Assembly (NCBI GenBank): GCA_020633415.1
Contig: JACKDQ010000002.1
Span: 256,976-320,975, forward strand
DNA: 64,000 bases
Reading direction: 5' to 3'
Origin: Deltaproteobacteria bacterium
GTDB taxonomy: Bacteria > Myxococcota_A > Polyangia > GCA-2747355
This document shows positions 35,746 through 45,124 of the stretch, one piece after another. The notes beneath the pieces are model-generated. The model was not told the DNA's origin. It worked only from the letters and a program-made list of their open reading frames with translations, and did not search any database. The position numbers and the translations under genes were made by a program. The first letter of the stretch is position 1. The number at the start of each line of letters is the position of its first letter.

Positions 35746-36583
35746 TATCGAGTGCGATGTCGGCGGCGGGTGCTGAGTGGGTCAGCGCGCCAACGGAAAT
35801 CAAATCGGCGCCGGCTTCGGCATAGGCGCGAACCGTCTCCAACACGACACCACCGGATACCTCGAGCAGCGCGCGACCGTTGTTGATCGACACTGCTCGC
35901 TCGACTTCTTCCGGCGACATGTTGTCCAGCAATACCAGCTCAGCGCCCGCACTAAGCGCCTCTTCGAGCTGTGTGAGCGTATCAACCTCGACCTCGACGC
36001 GCAGGCTATGGGGCGCACGCTCCCGCGCCCGGCGCACAGCTTCGCCGACCGCAGTCGCCATCAGATGATTGTCCTTGATCAGGATCCCCGAACTCAGATC
36101 TTGTCGATGGTTGCTTCCGCCCCCGGCGCGTACCGCGAGCTTGTCCAACGTGCGCCAGCCGGGCACCGTCTTGCGAGTGTCGGTGATCCGCGCCCTGGTC
36201 CCAGCCACCGCGTCGACATACTTGCGCGTTAGCGTCGCCACGCCACAGAGCCGCTGCAAGAAATTGAGCAACGTCCGCTCAACGGCCAAGATCTCGACAA
36301 GCGACCCCTCCAAGCGCGCAAGCGCCTGCCCGCCTTCAACGCGCTGGCCATCGTCCACGTCAAGCGCAAGATCGATCGATACGCCCGCTCGTCTGATCAC
36401 ACGCCAAGCGATCGCCGCACCACAGAAGATCAGCGGCTGCCGCGCTGTCAGGCACCCGACCGCCTGCCCCGCGACACCGCACGCCGCGGTTGTTGCATCA
36501 CCGCCAGACAAATCCTCTGCCAACGCGAGGTCAACCAGTGCATCGACCATTGGCGAGCAGACCTCTTCAATCATTCGCGCCAT
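35720..36583 (-). CDS. nadC: Nicotinate-nucleotide pyrophosphorylase (carboxylating)
   Basis: Motifs are ALAEDLSGGDATT and TRKTVPGWRTLDKLAVRAGGGSNHRQDLSSGILIKDNH. The 287-aa length is typical. Confidence 0.9.
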   Translation of the reverse strand: MARMIEEVCSPMVDALVDLALAEDLSGGDATTAACGVAGQAVGCLTARQPLIFCGAAIAWRVIRRAGVSIDLALDVDDGQRVEGGQALARLEGSLVEILAVERTLLNFLQRLCGVATLTRKYVDAVAGTRARITDTRKTVPGWRTLDKLAVRAGGGSNHRQDLSSGILIKDNHLMATAVGEAVRRARERAPHSLRVEVEVDTLTQLEEALSAGAELVLLDNMSPEEVERAVSINNGRALLEVSGGVVLETVRAYAEAGADLISVGALTHSAPAADIALDIAHVDSSR

Positions 36584-36606
36584 CGGTCGCTCCTTCGATC
36601 ACAGGA

Positions 36607-37401
36607 CTAAAAGAACATGACATGCAAAACCTCGCTGACGAGATTGCAGCTGGCGTGGAATAGCACCGGCGCCAAGATCGCGCCAGTCGCTTGTCGCAGC
36701 CAGCCGAACAGCAGCGAAGGGAAGAACACCGCAAAGCGCAGCGGATTAAAATCGACGAGTACGTGACAGAGTGCGAAAAGCAGCGAGGTTGCGATCACCG
36801 CTACGCCGACCGACCCACCCGCGAATCGACGCTGGACCGGCCAGACCCGCTCGAGTTTGGTCTGCAGATAGCCGCGAAAGAAATACTCCTCAGGCAGCGC
36901 CACAACGATCACTTGCGCGGCGGCCAGCTCGCCAAAGTTCGCCGGCAAACGAAAGCTGAGGTATCGCCAGCTGCCGACAAACCGGCGACAAGCGCGAACG
37001 TAGACGGCCAGCGACACCTTTCCCGCGTAGACTAGCCGGCAAGTCGTCCAGTAGAAATAGAACAGCCCGAGGACAAACAGTGGAAAGACGACCGCCGAAA
37101 TCAGTGCGAAGTATATCAAGGAGCGTTTGATCGGCCGGTGCGTTAGGCCGTAGTCGTCGTAGTGCTCGCCTGCGCGCGAAACCAAGGTTGTCGGCAAATA
37201 GAGAAAAACGAATGCGATCAGCGCGTGCAGGTACTTTTGGATGAACGGCAGCACACGTCGCAGCTGCCAGAGGGCCGAGCAAATCGCCGTAGCGATCGCG
37301 AATACGCCGAGCGCGCCGAGCAGTTGGCCTCGGCGATATTCACCCTGGGGCTGGGAAGAACGTTCGCCGGCGGTCGGCGACCCGTCGTCAGCAAGCGTCA
37401 T
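36607..37401 (-). CDS. CPBP-family (CAAX protease/Abi) intramembrane glutamic endopeptidase
   Basis: Polytopic protein with ALPEEYFFRGYL (EExxxR motif), FALCHV and FHASCNL (His motifs). It lies 30 nt downstream of the MYXO-CTERM-type protein gene. Confidence 0.8.
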   Translation of the reverse strand: MTLADDGSPTAGERSSQPQGEYRRGQLLGALGVFAIATAICSALWQLRRVLPFIQKYLHALIAFVFLYLPTTLVSRAGEHYDDYGLTHRPIKRSLIYFALISAVVFPLFVLGLFYFYWTTCRLVYAGKVSLAVYVRACRRFVGSWRYLSFRLPANFGELAAAQVIVVALPEEYFFRGYLQTKLERVWPVQRRFAGGSVGVAVIATSLLFALCHVLVDFNPLRFAVFFPSLLFGWLRQATGAILAPVLFHASCNLVSEVLHVMFF

Positions 37402-37431
37402 GGCAACCGGAAAGACAACGCCGCACCGACG

Positions 37432-39864
37432 CTAGCTGCGGCGTCGACGCAAGCACAGGCCAAGGCCTAATAACAGCAAAGCAACATTCGCGCCTGCGGC
37501 TGGTAAGCCACCGAGCGCGCATCCGCCGGCTAGGCCCGCTTGGTCTGCGGCTTCTGAAGCCTCAGCCGATGACGGCAGCGCCCCGCGCACCGCGAGCTGT
37601 CGCACATTGCCGCTTTGGTCGCGCAGACGAATCGCCACTGCATCCGCCGGCAACATGCCGCCTTCGGGCAACACGCGATAATCGTCGAAGCCGAGCGCAC
37701 CCTGCCTGCGCACGCTAACTTGCAGCGCCGCAGTCGGCGTAATCGCATCGCTGGCCTCCACCAGCACAGCCCCGGGAATCGCTCGCGCACTTCCGCTCGG
37801 CGCCTGTGTGTCGACCGTCACCATCAGCACGTGGGGCTCGGTTAACGTCTCGGGGCGATCAGCAACACGGGCGCGAATCTCCAGGCGATGCGGGCCCTGT
37901 AGCCAGAGTAACGGCGAGCGCACGGCAAGCTGCTCGGTCGGCGCCGCGCGGAACGTATTCAAAAATCCACCATCAACGCGATAGGTAAACTCCAGCTCCG
38001 ACGCCGGGGTACCGTCTATCGCTAAGCCACTAACATCGATCCAAGCCGTTGGCGCGATCGTGCCGCGCTGGCCCACCGCAAAACGGCGTGTCGTGGGAAG
38101 CTCAAGCCGTGCCAGCGTCGGCTGCCAGGCTGCGCCCGCTGCGGCGCCCCCAAACGGCAGCTCTGGCGAAGGGGTGTTCGGCGTCGGGTTGGTCGGCGGC
38201 GGCGCGATCGCGAGCTTAGCGAACACGCCCAGCAACTGATCGTTGTCCAGCGAGGTTAGCGAACCATCGTCAAGCTCTAGCTTGATACCGGCGAGCGTCG
38301 GCAACTCGATCGCTTGGAGCGAGGAGCCAACGAAACCGGCTGCGATGCCGAGCAACATCGGAAAGACGTCGGCAAGGTCTTGGGCGTTCTCGGTGAGCAA
38401 CTCGTTGTTGATCACCCGGGCGCCGACCAGCGCCTTTTCCAGGTCACCCAGCACCGGTAGCAGATTGCCGTTTGCGTCGGAGGTGATCACCATCGGCACT
38501 TCCAACGCACCAGCGACGGTCATCAGGCGAATGAATCTCTCGTGAACCTGCGCGTAAACATCGAGATTGAAGTCATCGAAGCGCACTGTCAGCAGCGGCT
38601 CGTCGATCACGATGTTGCCGCTAGTGTCTTTGTGGGTCTTGCCCTTGCCGAGCTTGATCGTCGGCGGCTGTTGCGGTCGCACGCTGATGCGAATCGGCAC
38701 GCTCGCCCCCTCGGTCAGCGTCTTGAGCGAAGGGATCAGCAGACCGATGAAATCGCTGGTCAGCTGAGGAACGAACGTGTTGTCGACGTCCAAACAGAGC
38801 GCGCCGGCACGATACGCGGCGTAGCCTGCGTGCTCAAGCGCCTGCCGATGCACGCCGATACCGACATGGAACTCCTTGCCATCGGGCCGCGTATTGCCGC
38901 GCAGCGCATTCGAGCGGGGAATCGCTGCCCGCGTCGGCGGCCGGCAGCTCGCCCCCGGCGACTCGCAGTCGGGCGCACAGCCCGAGCGGGCCGCGGCGCG
39001 AGCACCGACCATACCCCCAACTGAAAAACCGAAATTTTCGGCCTGGCTGTAGCCACCGGCGGCGGTCAGATAGTCGAGCTTTTCCGGCGCGCGACGCACG
39101 AAATCGCTCATCAGCGTGGCCAAGTCGACGCGCCCCTCGTCGCCGGTTGGCAATTGTTGAATGATCGCATCGATCGCGTCGTTGGCAGCCTGCTTGACCT
39201 GCTTTTCCAACTCACCGCGGAAGATCAAGCAGCCGATGCCGCAAACAATATCAAACTTAAGATCTGCACACTCGAAGTCGCCGAGCGAGGTGTCATGCCG
39301 CACGATCTTCAGGCGGTTTTGGTCGTTGGGGTCGGGATAAGCATCGATCGCGACCGTGGCTCGTACCGTCGAAATGCCACTGCGATCGGTCTTGTAATCG
39401 GCATCGCAACTGATCCAAAAACCGAGCTGCTGCCGCACCTTGATCTTCGCGGCGACCTTGAAGCGCACCTCGGCAACGACTCGGTTGGGTGCGACAGGAT
39501 CGATCTTCACAGTGTCGAAGGTGATCTTGCCGCTGCAATTGTCATTGGTCCCACAGCAGATCTCAGTGCTGGTACCACAGCCTTGTTTGGGGATTTCGAT
39601 TCCGATCGAGCCATCGCTATTAACGGTGATCGGACAGGGAAATTGGGTGCAAGCCGCCGCGACCAAATCGGGAAACTTGGACTCAAGAAACCCAAAGGCC
39701 TGTTGGGACGCGCGAACTTGCATCGCGTTGTCGATACGCAGTGCCGCAGGGAAGCCACCGGGGATCGGTTCGGTCTGACAGCCCGCACAGCCCTGCGAAC
39801 CGCAGGCGTTGACCCAGAACCCAATGGCGAGCAACACCAGCAGATGTGCGGCTTTCATCAGCAC
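37432..39864 (-). CDS. Large surface/secreted protein with lipoprotein-type signal and MYXO-CTERM-like C-terminal sorting tail
   Basis: The N-terminus is MLMKAAHLLVLLAIGFWVNACGSQGC. The C-terminus is GGCALGGLPAAGANVALLLLGLGLCLRRRRS, a Gly/Cys motif followed by a hydrophobic helix and an Arg cluster, as in the MYXO-CTERM tripartite architecture. Confidence 0.72.
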   Translation of the reverse strand: MLMKAAHLLVLLAIGFWVNACGSQGCAGCQTEPIPGGFPAALRIDNAMQVRASQQAFGFLESKFPDLVAAACTQFPCPITVNSDGSIGIEIPKQGCGTSTEICCGTNDNCSGKITFDTVKIDPVAPNRVVAEVRFKVAAKIKVRQQLGFWISCDADYKTDRSGISTVRATVAIDAYPDPNDQNRLKIVRHDTSLGDFECADLKFDIVCGIGCLIFRGELEKQVKQAANDAIDAIIQQLPTGDEGRVDLATLMSDFVRRAPEKLDYLTAAGGYSQAENFGFSVGGMVGARAAARSGCAPDCESPGASCRPPTRAAIPRSNALRGNTRPDGKEFHVGIGVHRQALEHAGYAAYRAGALCLDVDNTFVPQLTSDFIGLLIPSLKTLTEGASVPIRISVRPQQPPTIKLGKGKTHKDTSGNIVIDEPLLTVRFDDFNLDVYAQVHERFIRLMTVAGALEVPMVITSDANGNLLPVLGDLEKALVGARVINNELLTENAQDLADVFPMLLGIAAGFVGSSLQAIELPTLAGIKLELDDGSLTSLDNDQLLGVFAKLAIAPPPTNPTPNTPSPELPFGGAAAGAAWQPTLARLELPTTRRFAVGQRGTIAPTAWIDVSGLAIDGTPASELEFTYRVDGGFLNTFRAAPTEQLAVRSPLLWLQGPHRLEIRARVADRPETLTEPHVLMVTVDTQAPSGSARAIPGAVLVEASDAITPTAALQVSVRRQGALGFDDYRVLPEGGMLPADAVAIRLRDQSGNVRQLAVRGALPSSAEASEAADQAGLAGGCALGGLPAAGANVALLLLGLGLCLRRRRS

Positions 39865-39977
39865 TCCTCGGCCCTGAAAAGGCGGTTTACTTTAGCTTTA
39901 GCCCGCCGAAGGAGCAAGGATGCTCTCTTTGAGACGAGTTACCATGCTGCAGCGCGGCATAGGCGCCATCGCCGCCC

Positions 39978-42900
39978 TTGCCGTGCCAAGCTGAGCGGTG
40001 TAAATCCCAACAGGTGCAACGGTTATCCGCCCTAGTCTTGGGTGCCATCGCAGGTACCTTGGGTGCCATCCTGGTTTCAGCTGCCGAGATCTGGCAGCTG
40101 CGCAGCGCGCAGCTTAGCCCAGGATTGATCGCTGCGATCGCCGCCGTGCTGCTGTCGAGCGGTGCTGCCTACGGCTCGCTCCTCGGACTATGGTGGATCG
40201 TTGCCGATCGCGCTGCGCGTTTGATCCGTCCCAACGCGCCCAACGCCGCACTGCCCCGTGCGCTGTTGGCCGCGTTGACGCTCGCCTACCCGACGATCTG
40301 GCTGGTGCGCCAGCTCGCAACCGGGCGTCAAGCTGCGCAGCTGATCGGAACCCCACTGCGGCGCGGTCTGATCGCCGCGGCATTGCTGATGCTCGTGGTC
40401 GCGGCATTCGCGTTCGGCGTTCAGCTGGCGCGCAGGGCAAACGCCCGCCGGCGCACGGCGTTGCTCGTCGCGCTCATCCTCAGCTTGCTGACGCTCGCCC
40501 TCCATTGGGCCGACGCACAGCTCTATCGCCGACTCTACGACTACCTTCACTACGCGCTAGCCTTGACCTACCTCAGCAGCGCCACGCTTGCTGCGCTGGC
40601 CTGGCTGCGAGCGCTTGGTCAACAGTGGGCTCCCAAGACAGCGCGGCTAAAGTTTACGGTCGTCATTGCGGTCTGTGCCTTGACGCTTTGCTGCTGGGTA
40701 CTCGGTCGGCGCGCACTAAGCGATGACGCCCGACGACGCTTCGTCGCTGCCGAGCAAGCGACAACCGTCGCTCATTTGCTGGAGTTTTTGCCGCTGCCAG
40801 CAGAGGACGAGCCGCCCGCTTTGGTCGATGAATCCGAACCCAACGACAGCGAACCTTCGACAGCGCGCTACAGCGGTGCCAAAGACGCCAACGTGCTGTT
40901 GATCACTATCGACGCATTGCGCCCTGATCATCTCTCACTACACGGCTACCGCCGCAAGACCAGCCCGCAGATCGACGCCTTGGCTCGACGCTCGATTCGC
41001 TTCAACACCGCCTACTGCCAGGCACCTTTGACCTGCTATTCGATCCCTTCGTTGCATACCGGCGACTACCTCCGATCGTCGCTCTCGCTGTTACCCTCAC
41101 CACCGCCAACGCTGGCCGATATACTGGCACCGCGGGGGCTCGCTACCCACGCGCTATACAACCGCAGCATCTTTTTTTGCGACGACAAGCGCGCAATGTC
41201 CTACGGCAGTCGACGCTTTGGTTTTCGCTCGGCGGATACCGAGCTACGACCGGCGGCGCAGCTGACCGAGCAAGCGCTCAATTACATGCTGCGCCGAAGA
41301 GACCGACAGTTCTTCCTCTGGCTGCACTACTTCGACGTTCACGAGCCATATCTGAACCACAATGGGTTCGGTTACGGCGAGCGCGCGATCGATCGTTACG
41401 ACAGTGGCGTCGCATACGTCGACCACCACCTCGGCCGCCTGCTGCGTGGCGTGCGCCAGCTTCCACGCAAAACGATCATCATCTTAACCTCCGACCACGG
41501 AGAAGAGTTTGGTGAACATGGCGGCAGCTATCACGGTTCATCGCTCTACGACGAACAAGTCCGTGTGCCACTATTGATCGCCGTGCCTGGCCTAGCGCCG
41601 CGCGTCAGCAATACACCGGTACAACTCGTCGACATCGCGCCGACGGTACTCGACCTGCTCCACATCGAACATCCGCCATCGATTCGCGGACGCTCGCTGC
41701 TGCCGCTGTTGCTTGGTCACAAGGACGACAACCGCCCCGCCTTTTCGGAAGTCGACACCAAGAAGATGGTACGCGTCGGCAAATACAAGCTGATCCATGA
41801 TTATCGGCGCAAGACCTACCAGCTTTACGACTTGGCGACTGACCCACGGGAGCAAACAAACAAGATCACCCAAGAGCTCGTCGTTGCTGGACAACTGCGC
41901 GGTCAACTGCAGGCGTGGTTCGACTCGCTGCGACGCGGTGCGAAGGATCGCGCCTCGGTCCCGCGGGCGATCGCATTGGGTCGACTAGGCGACCGTCGCG
42001 CGGTCAAGGATCTCAAGCAACTGCTGCTTTCCCCTGGGCAACCAAGCACGCGCCGCGCCGAGGCCGCACGGCTCCTTGGCAGACTGCAGGACAAGGCGGC
42101 GTTGCCCGCGCTGCGCAGCGCTACATACGACGACGATCTCGAAGTTGCCGATGAGGCCGCGATCGCGCTTGGCGAGCTCAAAGACCAGGCGGCACGCGAA
42201 GCGCTGCAAATCACGCTCGAACACGCGGCGGGCTATCGGCGACTACGCGCAGCGATCGCCGCGGCGCGTAGCGGTGACACGCGTGCAACACCGGCATTGA
42301 TCGAAGGACTGTACGCCGCCGACTGGCGCATCCAAAACCGGGCAGCTCACTACTTGGGGTTGGTCGGTGATCGTCGTGCAGTACCGGACCTGATCGCTAT
42401 CGCCGAACAGCTACAGATCCGTTCGCGCGCCGCCCTGGCCCTCGGACGACTGCACGGCCGATATCCCGACCCACGCATCGTGTCCTATTTGCTCGAGCGA
42501 ATTCAACGCGACGACCATGAGGATGTACGCCAGCGCGCGATCGCAGCGATCGCCTATAGCGGCGACCTAAGCACCACGAGCCAACTGATCGCCCAGCTGG
42601 GCAAGCGCGAGGAAGATGACCCCTGGATCGTCGAGGCCCTGGCACGCCTGGGCCGTCTGCAAAACGAATTGGCGGGCTTCGATTTGGGCAAGGCCAGCGA
42701 TGCCGCCGAAGGCACGCTTAGCGCCTGCCAGCGCAACAACTCGCCATCAGTAGAAGAGTTCCTCTCCGACAGTCATTGCACGACAATCAGCGGTGACTTT
42801 AGCTGGCAGCTAGGCGCAGCGACCACACCTGCAGCCGCGACTTGGCTATTGCGTGCACGGGCCGCGAACGCGGGGAAACTCACCCTGACGATCGATCAAC

Positions 42901-43067
42901 GGATCGTCGGTTCGATCAAGCTGCGACCCGGTTGGCAGAACTACCGACTCGCCGCCAACGGCATAACGGGCGGCAGTAAGGCACCCGTCAGGGTCTTGAC
43001 CGATCCGCCGCAACCGCTGACGATCGACTACCTAATCGGGTTGCCCGCCCGCGAGAAGCGCGAATGA
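39978..43067 (+). CDS. Membrane-anchored sulfatase-fold (alkaline-phosphatase superfamily) protein with C-terminal HEAT repeats
   Basis: 1029-aa ORF (TTG 39978; alternative GTG 40014). The N-terminal ~270 aa has multiple TMs. Then come NVLLITIDALRPDHLSLHGYRRKTSPQIDALA and LTSDHGEEFGEHG (sulfatase-fold metal site). HEAT/PBS-lyase repeats follow (LGRLGDRRAVKDL, LGELKDQAAREAL, LGLVGDRRAVPDL). Confidence 0.72.
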   Translation: MPCQAERCKSQQVQRLSALVLGAIAGTLGAILVSAAEIWQLRSAQLSPGLIAAIAAVLLSSGAAYGSLLGLWWIVADRAARLIRPNAPNAALPRALLAALTLAYPTIWLVRQLATGRQAAQLIGTPLRRGLIAAALLMLVVAAFAFGVQLARRANARRRTALLVALILSLLTLALHWADAQLYRRLYDYLHYALALTYLSSATLAALAWLRALGQQWAPKTARLKFTVVIAVCALTLCCWVLGRRALSDDARRRFVAAEQATTVAHLLEFLPLPAEDEPPALVDESEPNDSEPSTARYSGAKDANVLLITIDALRPDHLSLHGYRRKTSPQIDALARRSIRFNTAYCQAPLTCYSIPSLHTGDYLRSSLSLLPSPPPTLADILAPRGLATHALYNRSIFFCDDKRAMSYGSRRFGFRSADTELRPAAQLTEQALNYMLRRRDRQFFLWLHYFDVHEPYLNHNGFGYGERAIDRYDSGVAYVDHHLGRLLRGVRQLPRKTIIILTSDHGEEFGEHGGSYHGSSLYDEQVRVPLLIAVPGLAPRVSNTPVQLVDIAPTVLDLLHIEHPPSIRGRSLLPLLLGHKDDNRPAFSEVDTKKMVRVGKYKLIHDYRRKTYQLYDLATDPREQTNKITQELVVAGQLRGQLQAWFDSLRRGAKDRASVPRAIALGRLGDRRAVKDLKQLLLSPGQPSTRRAEAARLLGRLQDKAALPALRSATYDDDLEVADEAAIALGELKDQAAREALQITLEHAAGYRRLRAAIAAARSGDTRATPALIEGLYAADWRIQNRAAHYLGLVGDRRAVPDLIAIAEQLQIRSRAALALGRLHGRYPDPRIVSYLLERIQRDDHEDVRQRAIAAIAYSGDLSTTSQLIAQLGKREEDDPWIVEALARLGRLQNELAGFDLGKASDAAEGTLSACQRNNSPSVEEFLSDSHCTTISGDFSWQLGAATTPAAATWLLRARAANAGKLTLTIDQRIVGSIKLRPGWQNYRLAANGITGGSKAPVRVLTDPPQPLTIDYLIGLPAREKRE

Positions 43068-43957
43068 TCGCTGCCGATGCGCAGGCGCTGCGGTCGAACT
43101 CTCCGGCTGAGTCGCTGTTTTGGCGGCAGCTGCTGGTCGGTGCAATGCGACATCTCCCTCAATGGATGATCGATTCGCAGGTGCCGGTTTGGGCGACACT
43201 GTTTTATCTGCGGATGCCCGAGCTGCGCGACGCGATCACCTACAACCAGCGCTGGACCTGTCCCGACCGAAACAGCGGCGCAGTCGAGCGCGAACTGCAG
43301 GCCTGGCGTACCTTCCTCTGCTATTGTCAGCGTGTCGCTGCCGCGTACCGCACCTACACCGGGCGACCGCCACCACCCGCGCTGCGTTCAGCCAACCATC
43401 AGCGGCTCCGCGAAGCGATCGATCGGAAAACAGGCGTCGTACTGGTCACCGGCCACTTGGGCGCCTGGCAGCTCGGTCCTTACTTACTCGGTGCGTTGGA
43501 TCTACCTCCGCTAACGATCGTGATGGCCGAGGAACCCAACGCCGAAACCCAGCGGCTGGAGCGCCACCTGCTCAGCAAACGGATCAACGTTCACTACCCG
43601 GGCAGCAGTCCGACAAGTTCGCTTGCGTTGTTGGCCGCCCTGCGACGCGGCGAAATGGTCGCGATGCAGATCGACCGCCCGCACTCGCGTTCGTTTCGCG
43701 TACCCCTATTAGGCGGACAAGCAGAGTTCGCCGCGGGTCCAGCAGTTCTCTCTAGCCTCAGCGGCGCGCCGATCATCCCGCTCTTTTTCCCGGTCAAGGA
43801 TCGGCGACCAGAGGTGTGGATTGAAGGCCCGCTCGAGCCGCCGGCGGCCGACAACGCATCCCGTCGAGCAGCGACGGAGAGCATCGCGCTGATCTACGGC
43901 CAATACGTCCGCCGCTACCCAGAACAGTGGCATAACTTCTACCGCTTTTTCCGCTGA
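43064..43957 (+). CDS. LpxL/HtrB-family (lysophospholipid/lipid A-type) acyltransferase
   Basis: ATG overlaps the upstream stop (ATGA, 43064..43067). GVVLVTGHLGAWQLGPYLL occupies the position of the family H(x)4[DE] motif. The length and C-terminal YPEQWHNFY are typical of the family. Confidence 0.7.
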   Translation: MIAADAQALRSNSPAESLFWRQLLVGAMRHLPQWMIDSQVPVWATLFYLRMPELRDAITYNQRWTCPDRNSGAVERELQAWRTFLCYCQRVAAAYRTYTGRPPPPALRSANHQRLREAIDRKTGVVLVTGHLGAWQLGPYLLGALDLPPLTIVMAEEPNAETQRLERHLLSKRINVHYPGSSPTSSLALLAALRRGEMVAMQIDRPHSRSFRVPLLGGQAEFAAGPAVLSSLSGAPIIPLFFPVKDRRPEVWIEGPLEPPAADNASRRAATESIALIYGQYVRRYPEQWHNFYRFFR

Positions 43958-45102
43958 TGCGATCCAAGCTCACTGCCCATCACGGGCGACCGGTCTACGT
44001 GCGCGAATGCTTCGCGATCTGCGCCGCCGCGCCGGATGAGGCACGGCTTTGGTCGGCGCTGCTCGCTGGCCAGCGGGCGCTGGCCCTCCACCACGACGTA
44101 CGTGCCGAGCAGGCGGTTTGGGCAGCGCGCATCCCTCAAGCTAGCTTGCCTCAGGGCGACCGCACGCTGGCCTTGTGCGAGGCGATCGCCGACCAGCTAC
44201 TTGCCAGTCCGGCCTTGGGTGCCCTCGATCGGCAGCGGCTCGGGCTGGCCCTGGGAACGACCCAGGGCGCGATCTTGCGCTGGCAGGCCCAGCAGCGCTC
44301 GGCACCCCACGACGTGCCCGGCCTTTACGCCCCATTGCTTGCACTTCGCCAGCGATTGGCGAGCGGCGGACCGCTGAGCTGTCCTTCGACCGGCTGTACA
44401 TCCGGCTCGATCGCGATCGCCACCGCAGCGCAGTGGATCCGCGAGGGTCGCTGCGACGCGGCCCTCGCCGGAGGCGTCGATGTGGTCAGCGAATTTGTGC
44501 AAGCCGGCTTTGAAGCGCTACGGGCACTCGATCCGAGCGGGCCCCGACCGTTCGACGCCACCCGTGCCGGAACCGCGTTGGGCGATGGCATCGGCTTGCT
44601 GTTGCTCTCCTACGAGCCCGGCGCCGACCCCGTTCGCCTTGCGGGTTGGGGGGCAGCCAACGACGCCAACCACCTAACCGGCCCCGATCCCCAGGGAAGC
44701 GGACTGGCCTTGGCGATCCGCAGCGCGCTCGAACTCGCCCGGCTCGACGCCGCAAACATCGACTTGCTCAATGCCCACGGCACGGGCACACGCTACAACG
44801 ACCAAATGGAATGCAACGCTTTCCATCAATTGCTCGGCCGACGGGCATCCCAGTTGCCGCTCTGCGCGATCAAGGGCGCGATCGGCCACACGCTGGCGGC
44901 GGCCGGCGCACTGGAGGCGGCCTGCTGCGTGCGCTCGCTCCGCGAGCAGCGCGTTCCTCCGACGGTCGGCTGCGAGGCCGTCGATCCAGCGCTCGACCTC
45001 GATGTTGTTTGCCGAGCGCCGCGGGACGTGCGACTCAATGTCGCCCTGTCGACGTCGGCAGCCTTTGGTGGAAACAACGCGGCACTGCTCTTTACCCGCT
45101 GA
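43957..45102 (+). CDS. Beta-ketoacyl-ACP synthase (KAS I/II-like, Cys-His-His)
   Basis: ATG 43957 shares one base with the upstream TGA. The active Cys is in PSTGCTSGSIAI and the His residues are in NAHGTGT and GAIGHTLAAAG. The C-terminus is FGGNNAALLF. Confidence 0.82.
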   Translation: MRSKLTAHHGRPVYVRECFAICAAAPDEARLWSALLAGQRALALHHDVRAEQAVWAARIPQASLPQGDRTLALCEAIADQLLASPALGALDRQRLGLALGTTQGAILRWQAQQRSAPHDVPGLYAPLLALRQRLASGGPLSCPSTGCTSGSIAIATAAQWIREGRCDAALAGGVDVVSEFVQAGFEALRALDPSGPRPFDATRAGTALGDGIGLLLLSYEPGADPVRLAGWGAANDANHLTGPDPQGSGLALAIRSALELARLDAANIDLLNAHGTGTRYNDQMECNAFHQLLGRRASQLPLCAIKGAIGHTLAAAGALEAACCVRSLREQRVPPTVGCEAVDPALDLDVVCRAPRDVRLNVALSTSAAFGGNNAALLFTR

Positions 45103-45124
45103 TTTGCGGTATAGTGAGAGGGTG

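Noticed and set aside
41906-41920. GGTTCGACTCG, resembling a tRNA T-loop (GGTTCGAATCC). I also looked generally for tRNA, rRNA or tmRNA in the larger intergenic gaps (6407..6674, 25221..25485, 58600..58925, 62299..62549).
   Set aside because: The T-loop-like string is inside the sulfatase-fold CDS with no acceptor or anticodon stems around it. The gaps show no cloverleaf-compatible pairing that I could find by eye. This should be confirmed with tRNAscan-SE or Infernal.
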